From the NCBI GenBank assembly GCA_963722115.1, contig CAVRLU010000009.1:29457-93456 (forward strand): DNA of 64,000 nt. Direction: 5' to 3'. This stretch comes from an uncultured Nitrososphaerota archaeon (lineage in GTDB: Archaea; Thermoproteota; Nitrososphaeria; Nitrososphaerales; Nitrosopumilaceae). The first letter of the stretch is position 1. Each line of letters begins with the position of its first letter. Under the pieces are notes generated by a model. The model was given only the letters and a program-made list of their open reading frames with translations, did no database searches and was not told the DNA's origin. This document shows, piece after piece, positions 9,581 to 19,900 of this stretch. The position numbers were made by a program, and so were the translations under genes.

Positions 9581-11146
9581 ATGGCAGGAAGGAGGATAGT
9601 TCTAACTGCAGATCGCAGCCTTATGACTAATTATCGAGGTAATTTTCTGTATGGCTTTATTGCATGTGGCCCATATGAGGTAGTTCCAGAATGGGTTTTT
9701 GATAAAGTGTTTTGTCCTCCAGTTGAAACTGATCAAGTGACTGGTGAAGCAAAGGTGGCTCAAGTTGGATTAAGAAGAGTAGAATCCGCATTGTTGCAAG
9801 GTTACAAACGAGATGAGGTATTTATCGCAAACCCTGATTATTTAGAAAAATGTGTTGGACCTGATACCAAGGTAGTAGGAATAAATGTAATGGATCCTCT
9901 CGGCATGGCTCCAGTTACCACAACCATGTCACCAGAAAAACTCTCCTATGTCGCAATGAAATTTAAGAGAATGTGTGCTAAGATAATCCAACTAAAGAAG
10001 AAGTATAACTTTCATGTTGTAGTTGGTGGTAACGGTGCATGGGAACTTGCAAAAACTGATAGAATGAAAATTCATGGTATTGATACAGTTGTAGTAGGCG
10101 AAGCAGATGAATTGGCCTTAGATCTTTTTCATGATCTGGAAAAGGGTGACGCACCAGAATTGATGCATTGTTTTGTTAAAAATATTCAAAATATACCTAT
10201 GATTCAAGGACCAACTGTTAACTCACTAATTGAAGCAATGCGGGGATGTGGACGAGGCTGTGACTTTTGTGATGTCAATAAAAGATCAAAAAAAGACTTG
10301 CCGCTAGAAAGATTACAACAAGAGGCAAGACTGAATCTAGATTATGGTTTTGATTCTATTTGGTTACATTCTGATGAAATGCTTCTTTATGGTTGTGATA
10401 ACAAAGACTTTCAACCAAACTATGATGCCATAATTGAGTTGTGGAAAGGTTTGAAGTCTTTGGGTGCAAGATTTGTTGGAACCACTCATATGACATTCTC
10501 TGCTGTATGTGCTGACCCCAAACTATTACATGACATGTCTGAAGTAAACGGCATGAGCGATGAAAAATGGCTTGCTACAAATCTTGGAATTGAAACAGTG
10601 GCACCTAGAATGGTTAAAAAACATCTTGGGGTTAAGACAAAGCCATTTTCAACAGATGAATGGGGCTGGGTTGTAAGAGAAGGGGCAAGGATACTAAATG
10701 AGAATCATTGGTTCCCAGCAGCTACTATCATAATTGGTTGGCCTGACGAGACGCCAGATGAGACTCAATATACAATAGATTTGATTGAAGACTTTAGGAA
10801 AACAAGAATGCGTGGTCTAGTTGCACCATTACTGTATCAAGACTTTAACGAAAAGAATTCCATGCACTTTGGTAATCTTAATGAAGCACAATTTACACTA
10901 TTTTGGAAATCTTGGGAACATAATCTGCGAGTCATTAATGATATTATTCCTATAATAATTAGAAATAAGACATTTGGTCCACCAATGAAACTTGTTATGT
11001 ATGGTATGATAAAGGCTGGAACTTGGGCAATTATGAGATATCTGAGAGGTTTGTCTAAAGATCTGTTCAATGGTAAACTTCCAGAAGATATAATGGAAAA
11101 ATATACTCGAAGTAAATCTGTAAATGCTCCTTCTTACACTAGATAG
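9581..11146 (+). CDS. Radical SAM protein with a B12-binding-like N-terminal region; resembles the GDGT ring synthase (GrsA/GrsB) family
   Basis: CGRGCDFC (CX3CX2C) motif; N-terminus IVLTADRSLMTNY...GLRRVESAL and VVGINVMDPLG recalled as typical of Grs-like archaeal lipid-modifying enzymes. Confidence 0.7.
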   Translation: MAGRRIVLTADRSLMTNYRGNFLYGFIACGPYEVVPEWVFDKVFCPPVETDQVTGEAKVAQVGLRRVESALLQGYKRDEVFIANPDYLEKCVGPDTKVVGINVMDPLGMAPVTTTMSPEKLSYVAMKFKRMCAKIIQLKKKYNFHVVVGGNGAWELAKTDRMKIHGIDTVVVGEADELALDLFHDLEKGDAPELMHCFVKNIQNIPMIQGPTVNSLIEAMRGCGRGCDFCDVNKRSKKDLPLERLQQEARLNLDYGFDSIWLHSDEMLLYGCDNKDFQPNYDAIIELWKGLKSLGARFVGTTHMTFSAVCADPKLLHDMSEVNGMSDEKWLATNLGIETVAPRMVKKHLGVKTKPFSTDEWGWVVREGARILNENHWFPAATIIIGWPDETPDETQYTIDLIEDFRKTRMRGLVAPLLYQDFNEKNSMHFGNLNEAQFTLFWKSWEHNLRVINDIIPIIIRNKTFGPPMKLVMYGMIKAGTWAIMRYLRGLSKDLFNGKLPEDIMEKYTRSKSVNAPSYTR

Positions 11147-11480
11147 ATTTTTTCTCTAATGTTCTAATTGCGGCATCTGCGATAGTATTTGATTTAGGGG
11201 TTAAAACTACAAAATAGATCTTGTCTGATCTTTCTGCAGTTTCTACACTTTTGAATTTTTTTAAATTCATGTCAAACTCTAACAGTTTTCCATCAAGTTT
11301 TCCTTTTGTATATATCATCAAATAGGAATTTCCTGAACTTGGAGTTAATGGTATTATGGAAAAAATATATCCTTTGTACGAGTTTATTGGCAAAACATTT
11401 TTCATTGGTGGAGCCATGGTAGACATGGCAATAAATATGTCTTCAGGAGAATCAAACTCTTCAAATTCGAAATCCAACAT
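11139..11480 (-). CDS. Hypothetical protein
   Basis: 113-aa ORF whose stop overlaps the convergent radical SAM gene. Confidence 0.65.
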   Translation of the reverse strand: MLDFEFEEFDSPEDIFIAMSTMAPPMKNVLPINSYKGYIFSIIPLTPSSGNSYLMIYTKGKLDGKLLEFDMNLKKFKSVETAERSDKIYFVVLTPKSNTIADAAIRTLEKKSI

Positions 11481-11635
11481 GTGTACTTCTTTATTCTTGT
11501 ATAATAATCTATGATTTTGATATTGAATTTATGAAAATAAGTTACATGATGACTGACTCTTTTCACATTGTATGTATGTAATCTATTCTGAAGATGTGAT
11601 TTTAAAATATTTGAAAAACAAAAAAGTAGAGAGTT

Positions 11636-12640
11636 CTAGTATTTTGGCATAAATCTTAGTCCAGTCTTTGCTGAAACTGCAATTATTGATACAATTGCAA
11701 TTGCAAGTACTAGAGCTGCGATTGGTCCAAACTCTGGAACTATAACTGTTCCAATAATGTCAATCTTCGTGTCTCCTGTATGGAATGGAATGCTAAGTAT
11801 TCTGACATTTTGGTTCTTGGTCTCACTGAACTGTGTAACTGCTTTGTCACCTACTGTTACTATGAATTTGTCATCTTCTAATGTAGATGTATTTACTTTT
11901 GCTCCTGTCAAGTTTGCGTCAGGATTTGGTGGCGGTGGTATCTTTGCATCTATCATCTGACGTGGTAGGGAAACTGTTATGGAACCGTCTGCTGTGGCAG
12001 GACTTAATGTAATCTCAAGGGTGTATGTGGATGCAAAAATGTTCATGTTGGTAACAGTAGCTCCTTTGATGATATATGGAATATTGTAAATTTGATTTCC
12101 TGATTGTAGTGGATATGTTGCGTTGATTGATTGTGTCACTGTAGATGTACCAGTTCCGCCATTGAAATGGAATGTGGCACTTGCATTTGTGTACAGTCCA
12201 TATTGAACTGCTATAGTATAATTACCTGCATTTATCCAAAGTGGTCCAGTTGCTAGAAATGCTTTGGTAAAACTACCATCTGGAGCAGGTATTAACTGAC
12301 CTATTGAAACTAGGTTCTTTAATGGATTGAAAACTCTTATCGTTACGCTAGTTGCATTCTCTATATCTCTCACTTGACCTGACATGATAATTTTGTCTCC
12401 CTGATTATATGTTGGTAAATCTGTGTGGATAGACAAAGGTGATATCGTGGTTTTCATTACTCCGGTCCCAGTCTGATTAGCTTCTTGTTGTAAGTACCAG
12501 TAAGCTGTTCCATTTTTATCTGGCGGCGGCGGTCCACCTTGTACTTGTGCAAAAACTGGCGTGATAACTGGTATGGAAAATGCCATTGTTATTACTAAAA
12601 TTATAATCAAGATATTTGATCTTCTCATACTTGCTAGCAA
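11636..12640 (-). CDS. PEFG-CTERM sorting-domain surface protein 1 (start may be the ATG at 12628)
   Basis: Signal peptide, Ig-like domains, C-terminal PEFG + TM helix + basic tail. Confidence 0.9.
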   Translation of the reverse strand: MLASMRRSNILIIILVITMAFSIPVITPVFAQVQGGPPPPDKNGTAYWYLQQEANQTGTGVMKTTISPLSIHTDLPTYNQGDKIIMSGQVRDIENATSVTIRVFNPLKNLVSIGQLIPAPDGSFTKAFLATGPLWINAGNYTIAVQYGLYTNASATFHFNGGTGTSTVTQSINATYPLQSGNQIYNIPYIIKGATVTNMNIFASTYTLEITLSPATADGSITVSLPRQMIDAKIPPPPNPDANLTGAKVNTSTLEDDKFIVTVGDKAVTQFSETKNQNVRILSIPFHTGDTKIDIIGTVIVPEFGPIAALVLAIAIVSIIAVSAKTGLRFMPKY

Positions 12641-12696
12641 ATACTCAAGGATCTTGAGTATTTATGTATTGATAAAAGAAAATTTGACTTCTAGTT

Positions 12697-13533
12697 CTAG
12701 TATTTTGGCATAAATCTTAGTCCAGTCTTTGCTGAAACTGCAATTATTGATACAATTGCAATTGCAAGTACTAGAGCTGCGATTGGTCCAAACTCTGGAA
12801 TTATCTGTGTACCGATTATCTCTATATCTTGATCTCCTTGTAGGAACTGAATAGTTAGATTTCTGAAATTATTATCTGAAGATTCGCTTTGTGGTTTAAC
12901 CTCCGCCCCATCTATGAGTATTATAAACGCGTCATCTTGACCTGAATTTGTCTTTGCGTCAATCAAAGCTCTTGGTAATTGTACTGTGATGATTCCATCA
13001 TTTGTAGAATTTACTGACACAATTACGGATAAGCTCTGGGCGTCTATTGTCATGGTTTTAACAGTACCTCCACCTATGGTGTAATTTACGTTGAAAGTCT
13101 GTTGACTATTGGGATCTTTGAGCTGAAATACATTACTTGTAGGGGTAATTGAACTTTGGAAAGTAAAAGTAGCCTGTGCGGTTACATTCGGAGGGCCATA
13201 TTGAACCTTGACTGTATATAGTCCATTTGATTTCCATAATGCTCCTACAGCTTTGATGGTATCCGTATACTTACCGTCTTGTGAAACATCAATCTGTGCC
13301 ACTTGAACAAGATTGTTATTTGAATCCAATATCTGGATGGTTAATGGAGTTCCAGGGACTACTGATTGTACAGAACCTGAGATCACAATTGTGTCACCAA
13401 GTGTATATGATGATTTATCAGTATTCATTGTAATTAGTGGCGCTGTGGGAGGAGATTGTGTTTGCGCCAGAATGGGAACTGATAGTGCAGAACTTAGAAA
13501 AAATAATATCGTAAAAATTGGTAAATAACGCAT
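12697..13533 (-). CDS. PEFG-CTERM sorting-domain surface protein 2
   Basis: Signal peptide; TDKSSY..GD Ig-like domain; second domain LPRALIDAK; PEFG-CTERM. Confidence 0.9.
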   Translation of the reverse strand: MRYLPIFTILFFLSSALSVPILAQTQSPPTAPLITMNTDKSSYTLGDTIVISGSVQSVVPGTPLTIQILDSNNNLVQVAQIDVSQDGKYTDTIKAVGALWKSNGLYTVKVQYGPPNVTAQATFTFQSSITPTSNVFQLKDPNSQQTFNVNYTIGGGTVKTMTIDAQSLSVIVSVNSTNDGIITVQLPRALIDAKTNSGQDDAFIILIDGAEVKPQSESSDNNFRNLTIQFLQGDQDIEIIGTQIIPEFGPIAALVLAIAIVSIIAVSAKTGLRFMPKY

Positions 13534-13603
13534 ATCGGACTTGTCTCTCGGTTGTATATTTCCTTTACTATGTTGATAATAAAAAATGAAAAAGTAGAGC
13601 GTC

Positions 13604-14485
13604 CTAGTATTTTGGCATAAATCTTAGTCCAGTCTTTGCTGAAACTGCAATTATTGATACAATTGCAATTGCAAGTACTAGAGCTGCGATTGGTCCAAAC
13701 TCTGGAACTATCTGTGTACCGATTATCTCAATCTTCTCAGATCCTGCTTGGAATGGAATTACGATATTCCTTGTGTCTATAGTGGGTGACTCTGTAAACT
13801 GTTGTATTTGTTCACCATTGATTAGGACTGCAAAGACGCTGTCGGTTGTACCACTTTTTGCATCGAGCACTGATCTTGGAATGTTAAGAGTGATCTGACC
13901 GTCATTATTTGCTTGTATTGTAACAGCGAGGGTCTTAGATGCGATGTTCAATGTTACTCCAGAAACTGTTCCTCCATCAATACTGTAATCGATACAGTAC
14001 AATTCGCTACCTATTGTAGCTGAAAGCTGCTGTGGTGTGCAATTATTATTCGTCTCTCCGCCGCCAGGAAGTGTAAATTGTGTTGTTGTTGAAAGTAATC
14101 CCTGTTGAGCTCCTGCTTGAACATAAATGGTATATGTTCCACCAGAAGACCATAATGGACTTGAAGTGTTGATTTTACTTTGAAAATCACCATTGTTGTC
14201 CAATGTTATCTGATTTACTTCTACAATTTTTCCCGTTGGATCCGAAACTTTCATTGTAACAGCTTGTCCAGCTATTGCATTTTGGACATGTCCTGTAACA
14301 ATTACTGTTGACTGTCTGTCATAAACATCTTTGTCGGTTGACACTGCGATTGGCAGGATTTGTTGAGACCCAGTACTAGGGCTGATTTGGCTTGAATCTG
14401 CTGATTGAGCAAATGCTGGCAGAATGCCTATTACAGCTGCTGTAGCAAGAATTGCGATCAACGCATATTCTTTATGAGTACTCAT
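13604..14485 (-). CDS. PEFG-CTERM sorting-domain surface protein 3
   Basis: Same two-domain architecture; PEFG-CTERM; Cys pair in the linker. Confidence 0.9.
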   Translation of the reverse strand: MSTHKEYALIAILATAAVIGILPAFAQSADSSQISPSTGSQQILPIAVSTDKDVYDRQSTVIVTGHVQNAIAGQAVTMKVSDPTGKIVEVNQITLDNNGDFQSKINTSSPLWSSGGTYTIYVQAGAQQGLLSTTTQFTLPGGGETNNNCTPQQLSATIGSELYCIDYSIDGGTVSGVTLNIASKTLAVTIQANNDGQITLNIPRSVLDAKSGTTDSVFAVLINGEQIQQFTESPTIDTRNIVIPFQAGSEKIEIIGTQIVPEFGPIAALVLAIAIVSIIAVSAKTGLRFMPKY

Positions 14486-14510
14486 CTTATTTGCGATTAA
14501 GAAGCAAGAC

Positions 14511-14528
14511 TATTTATGTATATTTAAA
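14511..14528 (-). promoter_or_regulatory. Putative archaeal TATA-box promoter of PEFG gene 3 (TTTAAATATACATAAATA on the minus strand); same element at ~15559-15576 and partly at ~12659-12668
   Basis: AT box about 26 bp upstream of the ATG, conserved at the same spacing before gene 4. Confidence 0.55.
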
Positions 14529-14958
14529 AAAAATTCTGTTATCTAGTCGAGACTGTTATTTATCTTACCGATCGGACTTTAATTATGTTTGATAATTTAA
14601 AATATGAAAACTCATCTTTTCAAATGAACTTTCTTTTCACCCGTGACTTTGGATTTGTAGAGAATAATTTTTTAATTATGATTTTTCTTTTGTTTATTTC
14701 TATGATGTGTTTGAGAGTTTCAATCATGTTTTAGAATTGATTTAGTGATTGTTTTCTTTTGTTATTTCTTTTTATGACATACAGATGTATTTTGAACATA
14801 TTTGTTTTTGAATAATGTTTTGATGCATGAAATTGCATTTGGCATGCTTTATGGTTCTACCGACTGTAGTATTATACTTGGATTTTGAATTATGGTTATT
14901 AGTATTCTGGATTGATTTACTCAATTTTGTTGATGTTCTCATGTGGTGAAAGTTTCTT

Positions 14959-14981
14959 AAAAAATGAAAAAGTAGAGAGTT
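14959..14981 (-). terminator. Putative oligo-T terminator after a PEFG gene stop (CTCTACTTTTTCATTTTT on the minus strand); similar copies at ~11614-11635, ~13581-13603 and ~15574-15596
   Basis: Shared T-rich tract directly after the stop codon in four of the five genes. Confidence 0.5.
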
Positions 14982-15533
14982 CTAGTATTTTGGCATAAAT
15001 CTTAGTCCAGTCTTTGCTGAAACTGCAATTATTGATACAATTGCAATTGCAAGTACTAGAGCTGCGATTGGTCCAAACTCTGGAATTACTGGTGCTGTTC
15101 CTGCGAGTTGGAATATAGCTGAATTAACTCTTGCTTGTTCGTCTCCTTGCTGCGCTTGTACTGTGTATTGTCCATTCTCAAACCATAGATTACCAACGGT
15201 ACTTACTGTTTTAGTAAAGTCTCCGTTACTATCGGGGGTTACTTGAGCTGCTGTTACTACATTACCAGATGGACTGGTTATCTTCAAAGCAACATCTTGT
15301 CCTGGGTATGGATTTGCAACATGTCCAGTGATCATAATTTGTGAATTGTGATCGTAAACTGGTTTGTCAGTTGTCACAGTCATTGCAACTGGTGGTATTT
15401 GTTGAATGTTGCTGGTGTCGTTACAGTCAGGACACGCTAAGTATGGGTTGTCTGCTGCAAAAGCAGGTACTACACCTACTATAGCTGCGGTAGCAAGAAT
15501 TGCGATCAACGCATATTCTTTATGAGTACTCAT
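14982..15533 (-). CDS. PEFG-CTERM sorting-domain surface protein 4 (short, single domain, N-terminal CPDC)
   Basis: Signal peptide start identical to protein 3; lacks the second domain; PEFG-CTERM. Confidence 0.9.
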   Translation of the reverse strand: MSTHKEYALIAILATAAIVGVVPAFAADNPYLACPDCNDTSNIQQIPPVAMTVTTDKPVYDHNSQIMITGHVANPYPGQDVALKITSPSGNVVTAAQVTPDSNGDFTKTVSTVGNLWFENGQYTVQAQQGDEQARVNSAIFQLAGTAPVIPEFGPIAALVLAIAIVSIIAVSAKTGLRFMPKY

Positions 15534-15596
15534 CTTATTTGCGATTAAGCAGAATGGATATTTATGTATATTTAAAAAATGAAAAAGTAGAGAGTT

Positions 15597-16514
15597 CTAG
15601 TATTTTGGCATAAATCTTAGTCCAGTCTTTGCTGAAACTGCAATTATTGATACAATTGCAATTGCAAGTACTAGAGCTGCGATTGGTCCAAACTCTGGAA
15701 TTATCTGTGTACCGATTATCTCTATTTCCTGAGTTCCATCTGTAAATGGAATTGATAGAGTTCTATCGGTTGTTGTCTTGCTTGTCTCTTGGAAATCAGT
15801 ATTTTCTTGGCCGTCGTTTAATATGTAGAAGTGGTCATCTTGGCCATTTACTTGTGCATCAATAAGTCCTCTTGGGAGTGTTACTGTTAAAACTCCGTCT
15901 CCAGTGGTCTGTATTGATACAATAAGTGACTTTGATTGTACGTCAGCCTTTATGCCAAGGACTTTGCCATTGGTTATGCTGTATTTCACAGAAAGGTCTG
16001 TACCGTCCACTTTCATAGTGTTTCCAGCCCGTACTTGTCCACCGGCAGAACCAGCGAATTGGAAGATTGTCTGAGCTGTTCTATCAGAACTGCCAAACTG
16101 TACCATTATCTTATACGCACCTGCTGCTTGCCAGAGGGCACCAGTAGCCTTTGCGGATGTTGAAAAGGTTCTGTCAGATCCTAGAGGAATTTGATCAAAT
16201 TTGACAATATTTCCTATTGGACTTATGATCTTGAGAGTGATTGGTGTATCAGCAATGTAATCTTGTGTACTTCCTGATATTGTAATCACATCCCCATCAT
16301 TGTATGAAGTCTTGTCGGTTGTTACGGTGATTGCACCTGACGACGAAGGACTGATCATTGGACTTGGACTTGTTGTATTTCCAGATGTAGCAGTTGTAGA
16401 ATTTACCATACCTGTTGGATTCTGTAGAGCGTATGGAGAAGCAAAAACGGGCATTACTCCTATAGCGCAAAGCAGAATTGCAAGTAGCGCAAATCCTTTA
16501 AAGCGAGTACTCAT
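15597..16514 (-). CDS. PEFG-CTERM sorting-domain surface protein 5
   Basis: Signal peptide, Ser/Thr-rich spacer, two domains, PEFG-CTERM. Confidence 0.9.
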   Translation of the reverse strand: MSTRFKGFALLAILLCAIGVMPVFASPYALQNPTGMVNSTTATSGNTTSPSPMISPSSSGAITVTTDKTSYNDGDVITISGSTQDYIADTPITLKIISPIGNIVKFDQIPLGSDRTFSTSAKATGALWQAAGAYKIMVQFGSSDRTAQTIFQFAGSAGGQVRAGNTMKVDGTDLSVKYSITNGKVLGIKADVQSKSLIVSIQTTGDGVLTVTLPRGLIDAQVNGQDDHFYILNDGQENTDFQETSKTTTDRTLSIPFTDGTQEIEIIGTQIIPEFGPIAALVLAIAIVSIIAVSAKTGLRFMPKY

Positions 16515-16685
16515 CCTGGTTGGAAATGATTTTTTTTGCTATTTAAAGTTGCGGAAAAAATTATTGACAAAAGGTACTAAATTTGGCACGCTTCCAATTA
16601 GATATATATTAACCTCTCGGTGGATGCATCTTAGTTTGTGGATTAGTCATGCGTTTACAGCTAATGTTCAAAGGAGATTTTAAAC

Positions 16686-16937
16686 ATGATAAGTAAGAAA
16701 GAGAAAATACTCATTCCAGATCATATCTATGTCCCAAAACATGAGATAATAAATAAAGACGAAGCAATGAAAGTTCTTGAAAAATATCATACAAAGCCTA
16801 CTGAAATGCCGCTAATCTACGTAAGTGATCCAGCCATTAGAGGTTTAGGAGTAAAACCCGGTGATATGATAAAAATTACAAGAAAGAGTCCCACTGCTGG
16901 TGAGAGTGTATACTATAGGTACGTGGTGGAAGAATAA
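16686..16937 (+). CDS. rpoH: RNA polymerase subunit H (Rpo5)
   Basis: HIYVPKHE, DPA...GDMIKITRKSPTAG..YYRYV. Confidence 0.97.
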   Translation: MISKKEKILIPDHIYVPKHEIINKDEAMKVLEKYHTKPTEMPLIYVSDPAIRGLGVKPGDMIKITRKSPTAGESVYYRYVVEE

Positions 16938-19900
16938 TGGTAAATATTTCAAATAAACGCTGGCCTATTGTTCAAGATATTCTAAAGAGAGAAGGAATTG
17001 CAAGACAACATCTTAACTCATATGATGAATTTCTTGAAAGAGGACTTCAAAGCATTATAGATGAAGTCGGCCATATTGAAATTGAAAGTGCTGAATATCC
17101 GTATAAAATTCAGCTTGGTAAAGTAAAACTTCAACAACCACGTATGATGGAGTTGGATGGATCGATAACTCATATTGCACCAATGGAAGCACGGTTAAGA
17201 AATGTCACATATGCTTCGCCTATAATGCTTGAAGCAAGTGTTGTAGAAGATGGAAAAATTCTTGAATCAAGATACATTCACATCGGAGATATGCCCGTGA
17301 TGGTAAGATCCAATGCTTGCATATTGCATAATCTTTCTGAACAAAAACTTGTAGAACATGGTGAAGATCCAAATGATCCTGGTGGTTACTTTATCATAAA
17401 TGGTTCCGAGAGAGTTATAGTGGGATTAGAAGATCTTTCTTACAATAAAATTATTGTAGATAAAGAAACCGTTGGTGGTAATACTGTTTTCAAAGCCAAG
17501 GTTTATTCTTCTATAGTTGGTTATCGTGCAAAACTGGAATTGATAATGAAAAATGATGGTCTTATTGTTGCAAAGATTCCAGGTTCTCCTGTTGATATCC
17601 CTGTAGTTACTTTAATGCGAGCATTGGGTCTTGAATCTGATAGGGAAATTGCTGCTTCTGTATCTCTAGTAGATGACATTCAAGATGAGCTTGAGGGCTC
17701 ATTTGAAAAATCAGGTGATGTACCAACTGCAAAAGATGCCATTGTCTACATTAGTAAGAGAATTGCACCTGGTATGCTTGAAGAGTTCCAGATTAAGCGA
17801 GCTGAGACATTACTTGATTGGGGTCTTCTCCCACATCTTGGTAAACATCCTGATAACAGAAAAGAAAAAGCACTCTTTCTTGGTGAAGTTACTTGCAAAT
17901 TAATTGAATTAAAGTTGGGATGGATTTCCCCTGATGATAAAGATCATTATGGGAATAAAGTAATAAAATTTGCAGGTCAAATGCTTGCTGATCTTTTCAG
18001 AACAGCATTTAGAAACTTAGTCCGTGACATGAAATATCAACTAGAAAGATCAGGTCAGAAGAGAGGCATCAATGCAGTAGCAGCTGCTGTTAGACCTGGA
18101 ATTGTTACTGATAAAATGAATAATGCCATTGCAACTGGAAATTGGGGAAGAGGTAGAGTTGGTGTAACTCAACTTCTTGATAGAACTAACTATCTTTCAA
18201 CTATTAGTCATCTTAGAAGAATTCAATCTCCTTTGAGCAGAAGTCAACCTAATTTTGAAGCAAGAGATCTTCATGCCACACACTTTGGTAGAATATGTCC
18301 AAGTGAAACTCCAGAGGGTTCAAATTGTGGACTAGTAAAGAACTTGGCTCTATCAGCCATAATTTCTGTTAATGTCCCATCTGAGGATATAATTGAGAAA
18401 CTCTACGACTTGGGTGTGACCTATGTCTCTGATGCAAAAGATGAATTGAAAAAAGAGGGAACTAGAGTTTTTGTTGATGGTAGATTAATTGGATACTTTA
18501 AAGATGGACAGAAGCTTGTTGACTCGTTACGAGATCTCAGAAGAAATTTCAAAATTCATCCACACGTTGGAATTTTCTTGTATCAATCTAGTTTTGAAGG
18601 ATCGACTAAAAGACTCTACGTTAACTGTAATGCTGGAAGAGTATTACGTCCTCTAATTGTAATTAAAGATAATAAAATTCTCTTGACACAAGAATTGATA
18701 GATAAAGTTAGTAAGAAATTCCTTTCATGGACAGATTTGTTACATATGGGAATAATTGAATTGGTAGACGCTAATGAAGAAGAGAACTCTTACATTGCAA
18801 TTGATGAAACTGATATCAAGAAACACACTCACATGGAAGTTTTCCCATCGGCAATTTTGGGTGCAGGTGCATCAATAATTCCATATCCTGAACATAATCA
18901 GTCTCCAAGAAATACATACGAATCAGCAATGGCAAAACAAAGCCTTGGTTTCTCAACTCCACTTATGAATGCAAGTACATATGTCAGACAACACCTTATG
19001 CTTTATCCACAGACTCCAATTGTTAACACAAAAGCAATGAGTCTTCTAGGACTTGAGGACAGACCTGCTGGTCAGAATTGTGTTGTTGCAGTATTACCAT
19101 TTGATGGTTATAACATTGAAGACGCTATTGTCTTAAGTAAATCTTCAATTGATAGAGGACTTGGTAGGACATTCTTCTACAGAATCTATGAAGCTGAAGC
19201 AAAACAATATCCTGGAGGTATGAGAGATAATTTCGAGATTCCAACTGCAGAAGGAAATATTCGTGGATTTAGAGGAGACAAGGCATATAGATTATTAGAA
19301 GAAGATGGTGTGATTGCAACTGAATCAACAGTACAGGGTGGAGATATACTAATTGGAAAAACAAGTCCACCAAGATTCATGGAAGAGTATAGAGAGTTTG
19401 AAGTAAAGGGACCCTATAGAAGAGATACATCAATAGGAGTAAGACCGTCTGAAAATGGAGTAGTTGACACTGTTGTCATGACTCAATCACATGATGGAGG
19501 AAGAATGTATAAGATTAGAGTAAGAGATCTCCGAATTCCAGAAATAGGTGACAAATTTGCATCAAGACATGGTCAGAAGGGTGTTGTCGGATTGCTTGTT
19601 AATCATGAAGATCTTCCATATACTGCAGACGGAGTTGTTCCAGATGTTATGATTAACCCACATGCTTTCCCATCAAGAATGACAGTTGGAATGTTTCTAG
19701 AATCTGTAACAGGAAAAGCTGCCGCATTACGTGGAAGTAAGATGGATGGTTCTGCTTTTGTTGGAGAAAAACTTGAAGATGTAAAAGGAGTTTTAGAACA
19801 AAATGGATTCAAGTATTCTGGAAAAGAAGTAATGTATGATGGAAGAACTGGAAAACCATTTGCAGTAGATGTTTTCATTGGAGTTGTATATTATCAAAAA

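Larger units (their letters stand above)
14442..15549. repeat. 60-bp exact repeat (14442-14501 and 15490-15549) covering the 5' leader and first signal-peptide codons of PEFG proteins 3 and 4
   Basis: gtagcaagaattgcgatcaacgcatattctttatgagtactcatcttatttgcgattaag occurs twice. Confidence 0.93.
11636..15700. repeat. Five exact 104-bp dispersed direct repeats encoding the PEFG-CTERM anchor and stop (11636-11739, 12697-12800, 13604-13707, 14982-15085, 15597-15700)
   Basis: Base-by-base comparison: ctagtattttggcataaatc...gattggtccaaactctggaa is identical in all five; copies 2 and 5 stay identical for about 25 more bp. Confidence 0.95.

Noticed and set aside
14772-14942. 56-aa minus-strand ORF in the PEFG gap
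   Set aside because: Low-complexity Asn/Lys/Ser composition expected from AT-rich DNA; no motif support.
11636-15700. CRISPR array or diversity-generating retroelement
   Set aside because: Repeats are 104 bp, coding and separated by 0.5-1.3 kb of gene sequence. No cas or reverse transcriptase gene is present, and there are no adenine-specific mismatches between copies.
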